From: a virus
Taxonomy: Duplodnaviria; Heunggongvirae; Uroviricota; Caudoviricetes
Virus record (IMG/VR): IMGVR_UViG_2778261297_000002
DNA length: 16,614 bases
Direction: 5' to 3' (one strand)
Below the pieces are notes generated by a model, which worked only from the letters and a program-made list of their open reading frames with translations, ran no database searches and was not told the DNA's origin. Below, piece by piece: positions 1 through 8,600 of this stretch. Numbering within the stretch: the first letter of the stretch is position 1; each line of letters starts with the position of its first letter. Position numbers and translations under genes: made by a program.

Positions 1-1227
1 ATGGCGGGCACTAACAAGCTAAGTGATAAAAAGCTCAAGGCACTCCAGGGGGCCAGCCGTGATGCGCCAGAAATGTATGCAGATGGTGAAGGTTTAAGCG
101 TCAGGGCATCAAAACAGGGTCAACTGAGTTGGGTATTCTCGTACCGGTTGGGTGGAAGGGGTAGCAAACTCGAACGTTTAACGCTTGGCCGTTACCCTGA
201 TTTGTCGCTAAAAGCTGCGAGAGAAAAGCGGGAAAAGTGTCGTCAGTGGCTGGCTGGTGGTCTTGATCCAAAAACAGAGCTTGAACTGAGCACCGAAGAA
301 ACGCTTAAACCTGTGACAGTACAGGATGCTCTCGAATACTGGCTGGTGAATTACGCCAGGAGAAAGCGCAGTGATGAGGAGCTGGTAAGGGCACAGCTAC
401 GCAAGCATATTTACCCGCGCCTTGGTCGTTATCCGCTCACCAGATGTGAAACCCGCCATTGGGTGGCCTGTTTTGATGAAATAAACCTGACCAAACCCAT
501 GACCGCCGGCCGCATGTTTCAGATTTCTAAACAGGCGTTACGTTTCTGCAAGGTTCGCCGCTATGCCGCCAGTGATGCTCTTGCCTTTCTTACCATTCAG
601 GATGTAGGCCAGCCATCCGGCCAACGTGACCGCGTATTGTCAGATAGCGAGCTGGCTGATGTGTGGCGCTCCACAGACAGCGATGATCAGCAGCCTTACT
701 ATTCACGTCTTCTCAAAATGCTAGTGCTGTTTGGTGCACGAACGATGGAGGTTCGCCTCTCTCGATGGTCAGAGTGGGATTTTTCCTCATGGATTTGGAC
801 AGTACCGAAAGAGCACAGCAAAACTCGCGAGAAAATAGTTAGATCGATACCTGAAGCAATACGTCCGTGGCTGGAAGAGTTAAAACGCGAGACAGGCAAA
901 ACGGGACTACTGCTGGGAGAAGATCGCACCCGTCAGGCTGTATCATTGAAAGGGCGCAGGCTTTATAAAGATTTCCACCATAACGAGCCTTGGACGCTTC
1001 ACGATCTGCGTCGCACGTTCTCCACGGGGTTAAACAATATGGGTATAGCACCACATATTGTAGAGCTGCTGCTGGGTCATGCCCTACCGGGCGTCATGGC
1101 TATTTATAACCGTAGCCTGTACTTGCCGGAGAAGCTCGATGCTCTGAACAAATGGTATGACCGCTTAGAACTTCTTGCGGGTAATCATCAAAATGTGGTT
1201 CTGTTATCTGTAACGAATAGAAATTAA
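1..1227 (+). CDS. int: Tyrosine recombinase / phage integrase (P4-type)
   Basis: 408-aa ORF with C-terminal tyrosine-recombinase signature (HDLRRTFSTG ... LLGH ... Y); TAA stop at 1225-1227; position at element edge. Confidence 0.9.
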   Translation: MAGTNKLSDKKLKALQGASRDAPEMYADGEGLSVRASKQGQLSWVFSYRLGGRGSKLERLTLGRYPDLSLKAAREKREKCRQWLAGGLDPKTELELSTEETLKPVTVQDALEYWLVNYARRKRSDEELVRAQLRKHIYPRLGRYPLTRCETRHWVACFDEINLTKPMTAGRMFQISKQALRFCKVRRYAASDALAFLTIQDVGQPSGQRDRVLSDSELADVWRSTDSDDQQPYYSRLLKMLVLFGARTMEVRLSRWSEWDFSSWIWTVPKEHSKTREKIVRSIPEAIRPWLEELKRETGKTGLLLGEDRTRQAVSLKGRRLYKDFHHNEPWTLHDLRRTFSTGLNNMGIAPHIVELLLGHALPGVMAIYNRSLYLPEKLDALNKWYDRLELLAGNHQNVVLLSVTNRN

Positions 1228-1319
1228 AATGATATTGCGGGTCTAGGTCGGCCAACCGAAAAGCGGGATACCCTACCCGTCTGGCCCGCAAATTATTTAG
1301 GGGCGTTGAGGGTGACGGT

Positions 1320-2144
1320 ATGGGTATGCCATTGCGTGAGTATTATCCTATAACTCGAGCGGCTAGTTTATTAGGATATGAAACGAATGATCTTTTACAC
1401 TGGGCCTCTATTGGTTCAATACGATTATTCATTAATTTCGACGTAACCAACATAACAAAAGGGTATGTTGTATTCACAGATGAAGGCCTTTCTTTGAGAA
1501 CGAAATTAATTGAAAAAGGTATCGTTTCTGATTGGTTTTCGAGGGTTTATAATTTAAAAAATATTAGGGATATTAACAGCCCAGACCCTAAAATAAATTA
1601 TGATGGAAGTGAGCTTATTTTAAAGGATGCATTGGAATGTGGGTTTAGTGGCTTTTGGCAACTACCTAAAACATTCTTTGGATTGACCGAGCTTTATGAT
1701 ATTCATCCTCAATTCTTCCAGGTGTGGATGTCAGTATCGAACAAGATGATAGTTAACTTTAATAGTGAGGAACCTATTGATTTTGATTTGGCTGATATTT
1801 ATCTCATGAAAAATGACTTTATCATGTTAAGAGATAGTAGAGATGGTGAGTCATTACCTAGTTTTTATAATGGCGGTGTATTACCTCCTGATACTGAAGT
1901 TTCAACAGTCGCGCTAAATCCAGGGAGGGCAGAACATCATGCAAAAAAGAGAGAGGAAGTATTAAAAGCTGCCATTTATATTAAAAACCACCACCCCGAA
2001 CTGTGTGATAATTATACTAACTGGGCTAATGCTATTAGTGACCATGCTCATAAATTTTGGCGCAGTGGTGAAGCACCCTTATCAATTAAAACGATTGCAG
2101 CATTAATTGGTGAGGCTCATAGGCTACCAACACCATCATCGTAA
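1320..2144 (+). CDS. Hypothetical protein, AT-rich cargo gene (274 aa), no recognisable motif
   Basis: Uninterrupted ORF with GAGG 8 nt upstream of ATG. Sampled lines are about one-third G+C versus about half in flanking genes. A hairpin terminator follows. Confidence 0.6.
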   Translation: MGMPLREYYPITRAASLLGYETNDLLHWASIGSIRLFINFDVTNITKGYVVFTDEGLSLRTKLIEKGIVSDWFSRVYNLKNIRDINSPDPKINYDGSELILKDALECGFSGFWQLPKTFFGLTELYDIHPQFFQVWMSVSNKMIVNFNSEEPIDFDLADIYLMKNDFIMLRDSRDGESLPSFYNGGVLPPDTEVSTVALNPGRAEHHAKKREEVLKAAIYIKNHHPELCDNYTNWANAISDHAHKFWRSGEAPLSIKTIAALIGEAHRLPTPSS

Positions 2145-2172
2145 GTAGGTTCCCGACTTAGCTTAATGTCTC

Positions 2173-2200
2173 CCCGAGTTATGCTAACTCGGGTTTCAAT
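2173..2200 (+). terminator. Putative rho-independent terminator after the AT-rich gene
   Basis: Inverted repeat CCCGAGTT-atgct-AACTCGGG followed by TTTCAAT. Confidence 0.4.
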
Positions 2201-2284
2201 ACCAAGAAATATGCATCAAGATTCTCCAAACAACGCCAGAACAGATAGGAGGTGTTCCTTCTGAGAGCGTTAACTGGAGGGTTT

Positions 2285-2569
2285 ATGCTAAATACTGTTT
2301 TCATCCCACCAACGGCTGAGCAGCGCCGCCAAATTCTTAGGGACTACGGATTTGAATATGACCGACGTATTCGTGAGGCCGAATGCTTGGAAATAACTAG
2401 TCTTTCCCGCTCTACCCGCTGGAATATGGAAAATGATAGTAAGTTTCCCACCCGCTGCCACTTTGGGCGTAACAGCTGCGCATGGCTCCTATCTGACATT
2501 CTTTGGTGGGTTCGTAATCCGCCTTCAGTGTTAAACGTAAATAACCCGCACAGCCGCAAGTCTGCATAA
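2285..2569 (+). CDS. alpA: AlpA-family phage transcriptional regulator / excision activator (HTH)
   Basis: Motif pattern ...LEITSLSRSTRWNMENDSKFP...W typical of AlpA-type regulators; GGAGG just upstream of ATG 2285. The six-frame ORF starts at GTG 2252, so the start is ambiguous. Confidence 0.7.
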   Translation: MLNTVFIPPTAEQRRQILRDYGFEYDRRIREAECLEITSLSRSTRWNMENDSKFPTRCHFGRNSCAWLLSDILWWVRNPPSVLNVNNPHSRKSA

Positions 2570-2685
2570 ACAGTTTAGATAAGATCATTACTGAGCATTT
2601 GTTGCGTGCTGTTGCGTTAGTTATACAGCAGTATTGCTAACGCTGTCGCGGCGGCTCTCAATGTGAATATATTGGAGCACTGAAA

Positions 2686-3498
2686 ATGGTATCGAAAAAA
2701 ATTACTACCTTAACTGGTAGCGGCCAAACTCAATCTGAAATCAGCCTAGAGGATATTTCTGGTAATAATTTTGCTGCGCGAATTCCTGTAACCCTGAGCA
2801 ATATCGGCGGGAAAGAAACTCAGTCTGTAAGCGGCCGTAAGCTGCATACGTTTCTGGCTGTAGGGCGTGACTTTACCAACTGGAGCAAAGGGCGCATCAA
2901 GCAGTACGGGTTCGTCGAAGGGATTGATTATATGATTGTCGAATATTTGACCTCGCCAAAACGGGCGAGCTCAAAATCTCGCCAGCGTATTGAGCATGAC
3001 TACATTGTCAGCCTGAATATGGCTAAAGAGCTTTCTATGGTTGAGCGCAACGCGCAAGGCAAGATGGCTCGTCAGTACTTCATCGACTGCGAAGAACGCC
3101 TGCGCCGGGTCGCCCCTGAAGAACATGAGGCGGCGTTGCTGACATGGCGTAAAAATCGTGTAGCAGCTTGCGAAGATCACAAAAGCATGGCCGAGGCGAT
3201 GAAGGGCTATATCGAACGCACTGGAGATAAGCAGCACGGCTTTGCCTACAGCAATGAATGCACCTTCCTCAATAGCCTTGCGCTGGGTATGCACCCGCGA
3301 GCATGGGCGAAACAGAAAGAAATTCCGGTAAAGCAGGTACGCGACCACATGAACACTGAACAACTGGCGCTGCTGGCCTATCTGGAAAGCCGTAACTGCG
3401 CTCTGCTGGATCTGGATACCAGTACGGCAACCCGCAAGACGAAACTCACTGAACTGGCGCAACGTTGGCTGGTTAAAAGAGTGGGAGGTACAGCATGA
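2686..3498 (+). CDS. Phage antirepressor, AntA/AntB-like
   Basis: 270 aa. N-terminal LHTFLAVGRDFTNWSKGRIKQYGFVEGIDY and central SLNMAKELSMVERNAQGKMARQYFIDCE resemble the AntA/AntB antirepressor family; GGAG 8 nt upstream of ATG. Confidence 0.7.
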   Translation: MVSKKITTLTGSGQTQSEISLEDISGNNFAARIPVTLSNIGGKETQSVSGRKLHTFLAVGRDFTNWSKGRIKQYGFVEGIDYMIVEYLTSPKRASSKSRQRIEHDYIVSLNMAKELSMVERNAQGKMARQYFIDCEERLRRVAPEEHEAALLTWRKNRVAACEDHKSMAEAMKGYIERTGDKQHGFAYSNECTFLNSLALGMHPRAWAKQKEIPVKQVRDHMNTEQLALLAYLESRNCALLDLDTSTATRKTKLTELAQRWLVKRVGGTA

Positions 3499-3802
3499 TC
3501 GCGGATAAAACAAAGGCAGCTTTGCAGAGCTGCCTATGTCACTACGAAAAACCGAAACAGATTAAGCATACTAGGGTTAATGCTGATGGTCAAAACTTCA
3601 CCCAACTCAATTTTGAGGGCGCTGATTTTATTGGTTTTTTTAGCCAGCGCAATTCTGCGCCCACTGATTTTACTCAGCTTTTATGGCAGAGCCCAAAAGT
3701 GAGCTTTGCGTATAACTCATTGATTCCCGCATTCTTCCTCACTTTTGGGAAAAAGGGCGGGAAATCAAACCCTACCCTGTGCTTTCTGTTTCTTCAGTCT
3801 GA

Positions 3803-3916
3803 TTACCGTGTTAGCCAAATAAGGGCTTTAACAATCCAGTATGTGGAATACGCAGTTGCAACTAAAAAAACAATAGCGATTGCGTCTCGCCATTTACCCC
3901 GTTCCGTATCAGGCAT
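3803..3916 (-). CDS. Small hydrophobic peptide (37 aa, one predicted TM helix); kil/toxin-like candidate
   Basis: Hand translation of minus strand: MPDTERGKWRDAIAIVFLVATAYSTYWIVKALIWLTR. GAGGA 7 nt upstream; start lies 3 nt after the preceding stop. Below the ORF-track length cut-off. Confidence 0.35.
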   Translation of the reverse strand: MPDTERGKWRDAIAIVFLVATAYSTYWIVKALIWLTR

Positions 3917-3919
3917 AAA

Positions 3920-4057
3920 TCATTCCTCTGGATCTGCCTTAGCTTTTTTGCGCTGGTCTTCCTTGAGCTTTTTGAGAAATGATTCCAGCGGGAATTGCAT
4001 TGACTTAGCTTTTGGTTCTGCTTCGACGGGTTGCGAATTCTTCTGCTCTTTTGTCAT
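3920..4057 (-). CDS. Small lysine-rich protein (45 aa), unknown function
   Basis: Hand translation: MTKEQKNSQPVEAEPKAKSMQFPLESFLKKLKEDQRKKAKADPEE. AAGGG 7 nt upstream; start 3 nt after the stop of the upstream ORF. Confidence 0.35.
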   Translation of the reverse strand: MTKEQKNSQPVEAEPKAKSMQFPLESFLKKLKEDQRKKAKADPEE

Positions 4058-4060
4058 GTG

Positions 4061-4240
4061 TCAGCCCTTAGGCTCAATGCCGCGCTGCTGTAGTTCTTTG
4101 CGGATGATGCGCTTGATCCAAGCAGCCAGTGATTCGTCGCCATCCTGTTGTTGTGCTTGTTCCATTAGCTCACGTAGCTCGGGATCTAATCTGAACTGGA
4201 ATGGAGGATTACCACGTCTTTCATTTTTGTGTGTTGACAC
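4061..4240 (-). CDS. Ribbon-helix-helix (Arc/CopG-like) DNA-binding protein, candidate repressor
   Basis: Hand translation: (V)STHKNERRGNPPFQFRLDPELRELMEQAQQQDGDESLAAWIKRIIRKELQQRGIEPKG, a beta-strand then two helices as in RHH regulators. Start uncertain (GTG 4240 or internal ATG 4165); several rare codons. Confidence 0.45.
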   Translation of the reverse strand: MSTHKNERRGNPPFQFRLDPELRELMEQAQQQDGDESLAAWIKRIIRKELQQRGIEPKG

Positions 4241-4288
4241 GTTAATTACACCCGATGTAATGTGTTTATGTGTAATGACACATTACAT
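4231..4288. promoter_or_regulatory. Divergent promoter/operator region between the RHH gene and the primase operon
   Basis: TTGACA (4233-4238) with TAATGT about 18 bp downstream on the plus strand. TGTAATGTGT (4256-4265) and the inverted repeat TGTAATG-aca-CATTACA (4271-4287). Confidence 0.45.
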
Positions 4289-4370
4289 ACAAGAAAGACA
4301 AATAGCAACGCCCCGGAGTGCGGGAACACTACCGAGGCGTCTAACCAAACCGTTATACGAGGTAACAGTT

Positions 4371-4640
4371 ATGGCTGGATCACAGCATACCCAAACTCGC
4401 CCGGAATTTACATGGTTATTCCTGGCAACCCCCGATCACACTCCTGAATGCACACCAGTAGTGCTTCGCTTTGATGCTGATACGGAAGATAAAGCCCGCG
4501 CTGCTTTTCCCGGCTGGGATTTAGTTTTTGCCGCCAAAATCCGTGCTCAGGCTCCTTGCCGCGTTGCCTTCTTCGATTACACCACCCGCCGTGGCTGGGA
4601 GTTCGACAGTGCCGCGATTCAGGAGGTGCGTCATGCGTAA
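4371..4640 (+). CDS. Icd-like / Ash-family small phage protein (89 aa)
   Basis: MAGSQHTQTRPEFTWLFLATPDHTPEC...FPGWDLVFAAKIRAQAPCRVAFFDYT...VRHA resembles Icd-like proteins of P4-type islands (from memory, not searched). ACGAGG upstream; first gene of the coupled operon. Confidence 0.55.
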   Translation: MAGSQHTQTRPEFTWLFLATPDHTPECTPVVLRFDADTEDKARAAFPGWDLVFAAKIRAQAPCRVAFFDYTTRRGWEFDSAAIQEVRHA

Positions 4641-4821
4641 GGTCAAATGGTCGGAAATTAACATTGAAGATGAACTGCGCCGCCTGGAAGCGTTGCTCTC
4701 AACATCGCTGTATATGAATTTTGATGATGAAACCGAGTACAGCGTTGCGATGGATCTGATCAGCATGTCGTTGTCCCGCGTTCGTGAACTAAAAGCGGCA
4801 AGTGAGGTGACCCATGCGTGA
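4633..4821 (+). CDS. Small hypothetical protein (62 aa)
   Basis: ATG 4633 overlaps the upstream stop (4638-4640); AGGAGG at 4621-4626. Confidence 0.5.
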   Translation: MRKVKWSEINIEDELRRLEALLSTSLYMNFDDETEYSVAMDLISMSLSRVRELKAASEVTHA

Positions 4822-5128
4822 TATTTACCATCAGCTTGTTAAGAGCACTCCTGATTTTAAAAACTTCACTAATGAGGCTTTGGCTGAATCCAGCGATTTA
4901 TATTCTGCTGGCGCATTTGCCATCAATAGTGCGCTCACACTGATCGGCAATCTGGCGTTTGATGCAACCAATGCAGAGGACTATTCCGATGAAGATGCCC
5001 GGCGTGATTTGATCCTTGTAAGCCATGCATTGCGTCACCTTCCCAGAATGGCGCAAGCACTCAATCAGAGTAGTGATGCTGCGGATTATGTGCGTACCCA
5101 GCGTAATAACGCGGGGGAGCAATCATGA
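4814..5128 (+). CDS. Hypothetical protein (104 aa)
   Basis: ATG 4814 overlaps the upstream stop (4819-4821); same-strand coupled operon. Confidence 0.55.
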   Translation: MRDIYHQLVKSTPDFKNFTNEALAESSDLYSAGAFAINSALTLIGNLAFDATNAEDYSDEDARRDLILVSHALRHLPRMAQALNQSSDAADYVRTQRNNAGEQS

Positions 5129-5493
5129 TCAGTCTCTTGAAATTTAACGAGCTGGAAAACCGTGTCGATTTGCTGGTTAACCGCGTCCTGGAGTTAGAAC
5201 AGCAGGTGCGCACACTCACCGAAAGCCAGGGGGGAGATATTCCTCCCGGTATGGCTCAGGTCGCCACGCTGGCGGCTGAGTTCGGCATATCGACGAAAAA
5301 AGCCGAAGAGCTGGCAAAAAACACGGGCGTGATGCTGGTCAGAATGAAAGCTGGTGGCTTTATCGCGCCGGATAACAAGTTCAGAGAGGTGGCGAGGCAG
5401 GTTCTGCGCAGCGCGAAGCGCAAATATGGATCGGCGTACTGGTATCACCCATTACTTGGCAAATTTCAGATGAGCGGAGGTATCCCGCAATGA
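5125..5493 (+). CDS. Hypothetical protein (122 aa), coiled-coil-like N-terminus
   Basis: ATGA start/stop overlap with the upstream gene at 5125-5128. Confidence 0.6.
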   Translation: MISLLKFNELENRVDLLVNRVLELEQQVRTLTESQGGDIPPGMAQVATLAAEFGISTKKAEELAKNTGVMLVRMKAGGFIAPDNKFREVARQVLRSAKRKYGSAYWYHPLLGKFQMSGGIPQ

Positions 5494-5855
5494 CCGATAT
5501 TTTTGAAGTGATAGGCCCATTGTTCCGCAAACTGACCGAAACCTGTATTGCTCACCAGATAGCGGAAACCGGTTCGGCAACCTTGCTGGTGGAAAGCGAT
5601 AAGTATATGGCCCGCTATCGCTTCACGCTGGAGCCGCGCGTAACTGAAAACGTATTGATGAAATATATGATTTTTGGCTGCTTTGAAGAATTCGGGCGCG
5701 ATGAGGGGTTAAGGCGTTTGCGGGATATTCTGCTGACCTGCTTTACCGACGATGGCGATATTAACGAAATGGGGTTGCAGATAGTGAAAAGCTGCCACCT
5801 TGAATACCTGCATGAAGATTTGGAAGCGGATCTTTCCAATAAGGTGCTGCACTGA
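5490..5855 (+). CDS. Hypothetical protein (121 aa)
   Basis: ATGA overlap at 5490-5493; GGAGG at 5476-5480. Confidence 0.6.
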   Translation: MTDIFEVIGPLFRKLTETCIAHQIAETGSATLLVESDKYMARYRFTLEPRVTENVLMKYMIFGCFEEFGRDEGLRRLRDILLTCFTDDGDINEMGLQIVKSCHLEYLHEDLEADLSNKVLH

Positions 5856-7987
5856 TGAAGATGAAAAACGCCCCAAACATTAAGTGTCTGCCAAAGGACA
5901 AGTTTACTGAGGCGATTATTTTTGCGGGGGAAGATGCTTATTCACACGCGCAGCACTGGATCGAGAGCGAGGGGAAAAGGGCGGGGGATGATGTGCCGCC
6001 TGTGTATCTGGGGAAAAAGCAGCTGGAGGAGCTTGAAAGGCTGAATATCATCGATCAGGGGCGTCGTTGCGTACGCGTGATTAGAGCTGGCGAGCTTTCC
6101 GAAATGCAGATAAGCACTATCGCAACCAAACTGGCGCTGGCGGATGTGAAAGAGGCCCGGCTGTTTAATGGCATGTTTGAGCCTCAGCCGAAGGAGAACT
6201 GGACGGATGTACTTCCACGGCTCAGGGAAGATGCCGAGCGTGGGGAAAGTATTGTGGTAAATCTGCCTGTGAAAAAAAGGGAGCCAAAGCCTGAACCGGG
6301 TGATGAACTGAAACCCCGCGTAGAGAGCCGTAACGATGGCCTGTACTGGATCACGCCAAAGGTGGATAAGGACAGCGGAGAAATAATCAATAACGAAACG
6401 TGGCTGTGTTCGCCGCTTGAGGTGGTGGGGTCCGGTAGTGACGGGGCCGAGCGCTATCTCGTTTTGCGCTGGCGTTCGCCACGTGGCCATGAAGATATTA
6501 CCAGGGCGATCCCCTGTGCTGATATCGGTGAGCGTGACGGCTGGCGCTCTCTAAAGGCTGGTGGGGTAAACGTAACGACTAAAAGTACATTCCGGGCAAT
6601 TCTTGCCGACTGGCTACAGCAATGTGGTGCAGGGCAGGAATGGATTATTAGCCATACCACCGGCTGGCATCACGGCGCATACATCATGCCAGATGGTGAA
6701 GTTATCGGTGATCCGGAAATGCCTATTCTCTTTAACGGTCGCAGCGCTGCATCTTCCGGTTATGCCGTGGCTGGAACTGCTGAGAGTTGGCGGGATTCAG
6801 TGGCATATCTGGCAGGAGGCAACCCATCGATGATGCTGGGTGTGGCTGCGGCATTGTCTGCGCCGCTGATCGGGCTGGTGGGCGCTGATGGCTTCGGCGT
6901 CCATTTGTTCGAACAGTCCAGCGCCGGTAAGACTACCACCGCAAATATTGCGAGCAGTATTTGGGGCGAGCCCGACGCTTTGAGGTTGACCTGGTACGGT
7001 ACCGCGCTTGGTATTGCTAACGAGGCAGAGGCGCATAACGACAGCCTGTTACCACTTGATGAGGTAGGGCAGGGCAGCAGTGCTAAAGATGTCGCCACGT
7101 CTGCTTACACTTTGTTTAACGGGGCTGGGAAGTTGCAGGGGGCTAAAGAGGGTGGCAACCGGGAGCTAAAGCGCTGGCGAACTGTTGCGATCAGTACCGG
7201 GGAAATGGATATTGAAACATTCCTGGCTGCTGGTGGAATTAGGGTGAAAGCTGGGCAGCTGGTGCGCCTGCTGAATATCCCCATGGAGAAATCCACGGCC
7301 TTTAACGGGCTGGCTAACGGAAAGGCCCACGCCGATGCACTGAAAGAGTCATGGATTGATAACCACGGCGCAGCAGGGCGTGAGTGGGTAAAATGGCTGG
7401 CAACCCACCAGCAGGAGGCTAAACAGGCTGTGCGGGATGCGCAGACGCGCTGGCGCAGTCTTATTCCGGCTGATTATGGTGAACAGGTTCATCGTGTGGC
7501 TGAGCGCTTCGCCATTCTTGAGGCTGCGCTGGTAACTGGTTCGCCGATAACTGGCTGGAGTGAACAAGCCAGCCGGGATGCTATTCAGCATAGCTTCAAT
7601 GCCTGGGTAAAAGAATTCGGAACAGGTAACAAGGAGCACCAGCAGATCATCGAGCAGTGCGAGGCCTTTCTGAACGCGCATGGTATGAGCCGCTATGCTC
7701 CGCTGCCATACTGCCCGTCAGATATGCCAATTCGTGATATGGCTGGATACCGCGAAAGGGGCAAGCATGATGATTCGCCGATGGTGTTTTATACCTTCCC
7801 TTCTGCGTTCGAAAAAGAGATAGCGCAGGGGTTCAATGCGAAGCAGTTCGCCAGAGTTCTGTCTGAATCTGGAATGTTGACACCCCCAGCAAGCGGCAGG
7901 GGATACCAGCGGAAATCACCGCGTATCGATGGGCGTCAGATTAATGTTTACGTCATTCAGTACCAGCAGGAGGGAACCGAAGAATAA
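5855..7987 (+). CDS. Phage/satellite primase-helicase-like replication protein (P4 alpha-like, P-loop NTPase)
   Basis: 710 aa; Walker A-like FEQSSAGKTTTANIASSIWG in the central region; TGATG overlap with the upstream gene; followed directly by the iteron array. Confidence 0.8.
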   Translation: MKMKNAPNIKCLPKDKFTEAIIFAGEDAYSHAQHWIESEGKRAGDDVPPVYLGKKQLEELERLNIIDQGRRCVRVIRAGELSEMQISTIATKLALADVKEARLFNGMFEPQPKENWTDVLPRLREDAERGESIVVNLPVKKREPKPEPGDELKPRVESRNDGLYWITPKVDKDSGEIINNETWLCSPLEVVGSGSDGAERYLVLRWRSPRGHEDITRAIPCADIGERDGWRSLKAGGVNVTTKSTFRAILADWLQQCGAGQEWIISHTTGWHHGAYIMPDGEVIGDPEMPILFNGRSAASSGYAVAGTAESWRDSVAYLAGGNPSMMLGVAAALSAPLIGLVGADGFGVHLFEQSSAGKTTTANIASSIWGEPDALRLTWYGTALGIANEAEAHNDSLLPLDEVGQGSSAKDVATSAYTLFNGAGKLQGAKEGGNRELKRWRTVAISTGEMDIETFLAAGGIRVKAGQLVRLLNIPMEKSTAFNGLANGKAHADALKESWIDNHGAAGREWVKWLATHQQEAKQAVRDAQTRWRSLIPADYGEQVHRVAERFAILEAALVTGSPITGWSEQASRDAIQHSFNAWVKEFGTGNKEHQQIIEQCEAFLNAHGMSRYAPLPYCPSDMPIRDMAGYRERGKHDDSPMVFYTFPSAFEKEIAQGFNAKQFARVLSESGMLTPPASGRGYQRKSPRIDGRQINVYVIQYQQEGTEE

Positions 7988-8007
7988 TTACACGTGAGGT
8001 TTATTTT

Positions 8008-8296
8008 GTTGGTTCAGTTGGTTCAGTAGGTAGTGTGTATCGTTATCGTGGTGTTTATATTGATTATTTTACACAGAAACTGAACCAACACTGAACCAAC
8101 AAATGACTGTTTTGAACCAACAAACGGGGGATTTGAACCAACATACCTACCCTGCCCGAATAAGTGTTTTTACTGAACCAACATAAAAACGGCGTTGTTG
8201 GTTCAAAACGGGGCTTTGTTGGTTCACTAAATAAAAATAAGTCTTTTAAAAACAATGTTCTTTACAAATTGAACCAACTGAACCAACTGAACCAAC
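8008..8296. repeat. Replication-origin-like iteron array
   Basis: 12 copies of the 9-mer TGAACCAAC: 8 forward (8081, 8092, 8113, 8134, 8174, 8270, 8279, 8288) and 4 inverted (8008, 8017, 8198, 8218), with an AT-rich stretch at about 8227-8269. Confidence 0.8.
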
Positions 8297-8333
8297 ATAG
8301 TTTTGTTTATATACGCAGAAAATGAGGTGAAAA

Positions 8334-8555
8334 ATGTTGGATGCCGGAATGATTGAGAAGAAATCAGCAGGAAGTGCATCGTTGTGGATGCGTGAGGCTG
8401 TGGAGGAAATAGATAAACAATTTGGCGTTGGCTATGCCAGCAACAACCCTGAGCTGGTGGCAGGGTTCATGCAGGCAGCAGCCATTGATCAGGCGGGGAT
8501 GTATATCCGGTCGCTGGTGGAAACGCTGGATTTATGGCCCGGTTCGCTGGCTTAA
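8334..8555 (+). CDS. Small hypothetical protein (73 aa)
   Basis: GAGG 6 nt upstream of ATG; directly downstream of the iteron array. Confidence 0.5.
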   Translation: MLDAGMIEKKSAGSASLWMREAVEEIDKQFGVGYASNNPELVAGFMQAAAIDQAGMYIRSLVETLDLWPGSLA

Positions 8556-8600
8556 AGCTGAGAGTAAGCCAAAAAACAACATAATTGATGGAGGTAATTT

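Noticed and set aside
699-1291. Minus-strand ORFs 699-929, 839-1054 and 1100-1291
   Set aside because: Antisense to or overlapping the integrase gene and its terminator region; no RBS or motif support.
2344-3513. Minus-strand ORFs 2344-2559 and 2971-3513
   Set aside because: Embedded antisense within the AlpA and antirepressor genes, which have clear family signatures.
3495-4640. 381-aa plus-strand ORF spanning the antA stop to the Icd-like gene
   Set aside because: Only the last 89 codons (4371-4640) look like protein. The upstream part translates to Cys/Ser/Leu-rich low-complexity sequence and is antisense to three plausible minus-strand genes. The ATGA overlap with antA and the GGGAGG upstream of 3495 are noted but judged coincidental.
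4262-5448. ORFs 4262-4447 (+), 4521-4766 (-), 4898-5122 (-) and 5194-5448 (-)
   Set aside because: Alternative-frame or antisense ORFs overlapping the regulatory region and the translationally coupled plus-strand operon.
5615-7681. Several minus-strand and alternative-frame ORFs inside 5490-7987
   Set aside because: All lie within the primase operon; the primase frame carries the Walker A motif and the coupling signals.
8008-8296. Possible CRISPR array
   Set aside because: The repeat unit is only 9 bp, spacing is irregular, copies occur in both orientations and no cas genes are present. It is an iteron-type origin. ORFs 8064-8255 (-) and 8422-8745 (+) here are judged spurious.
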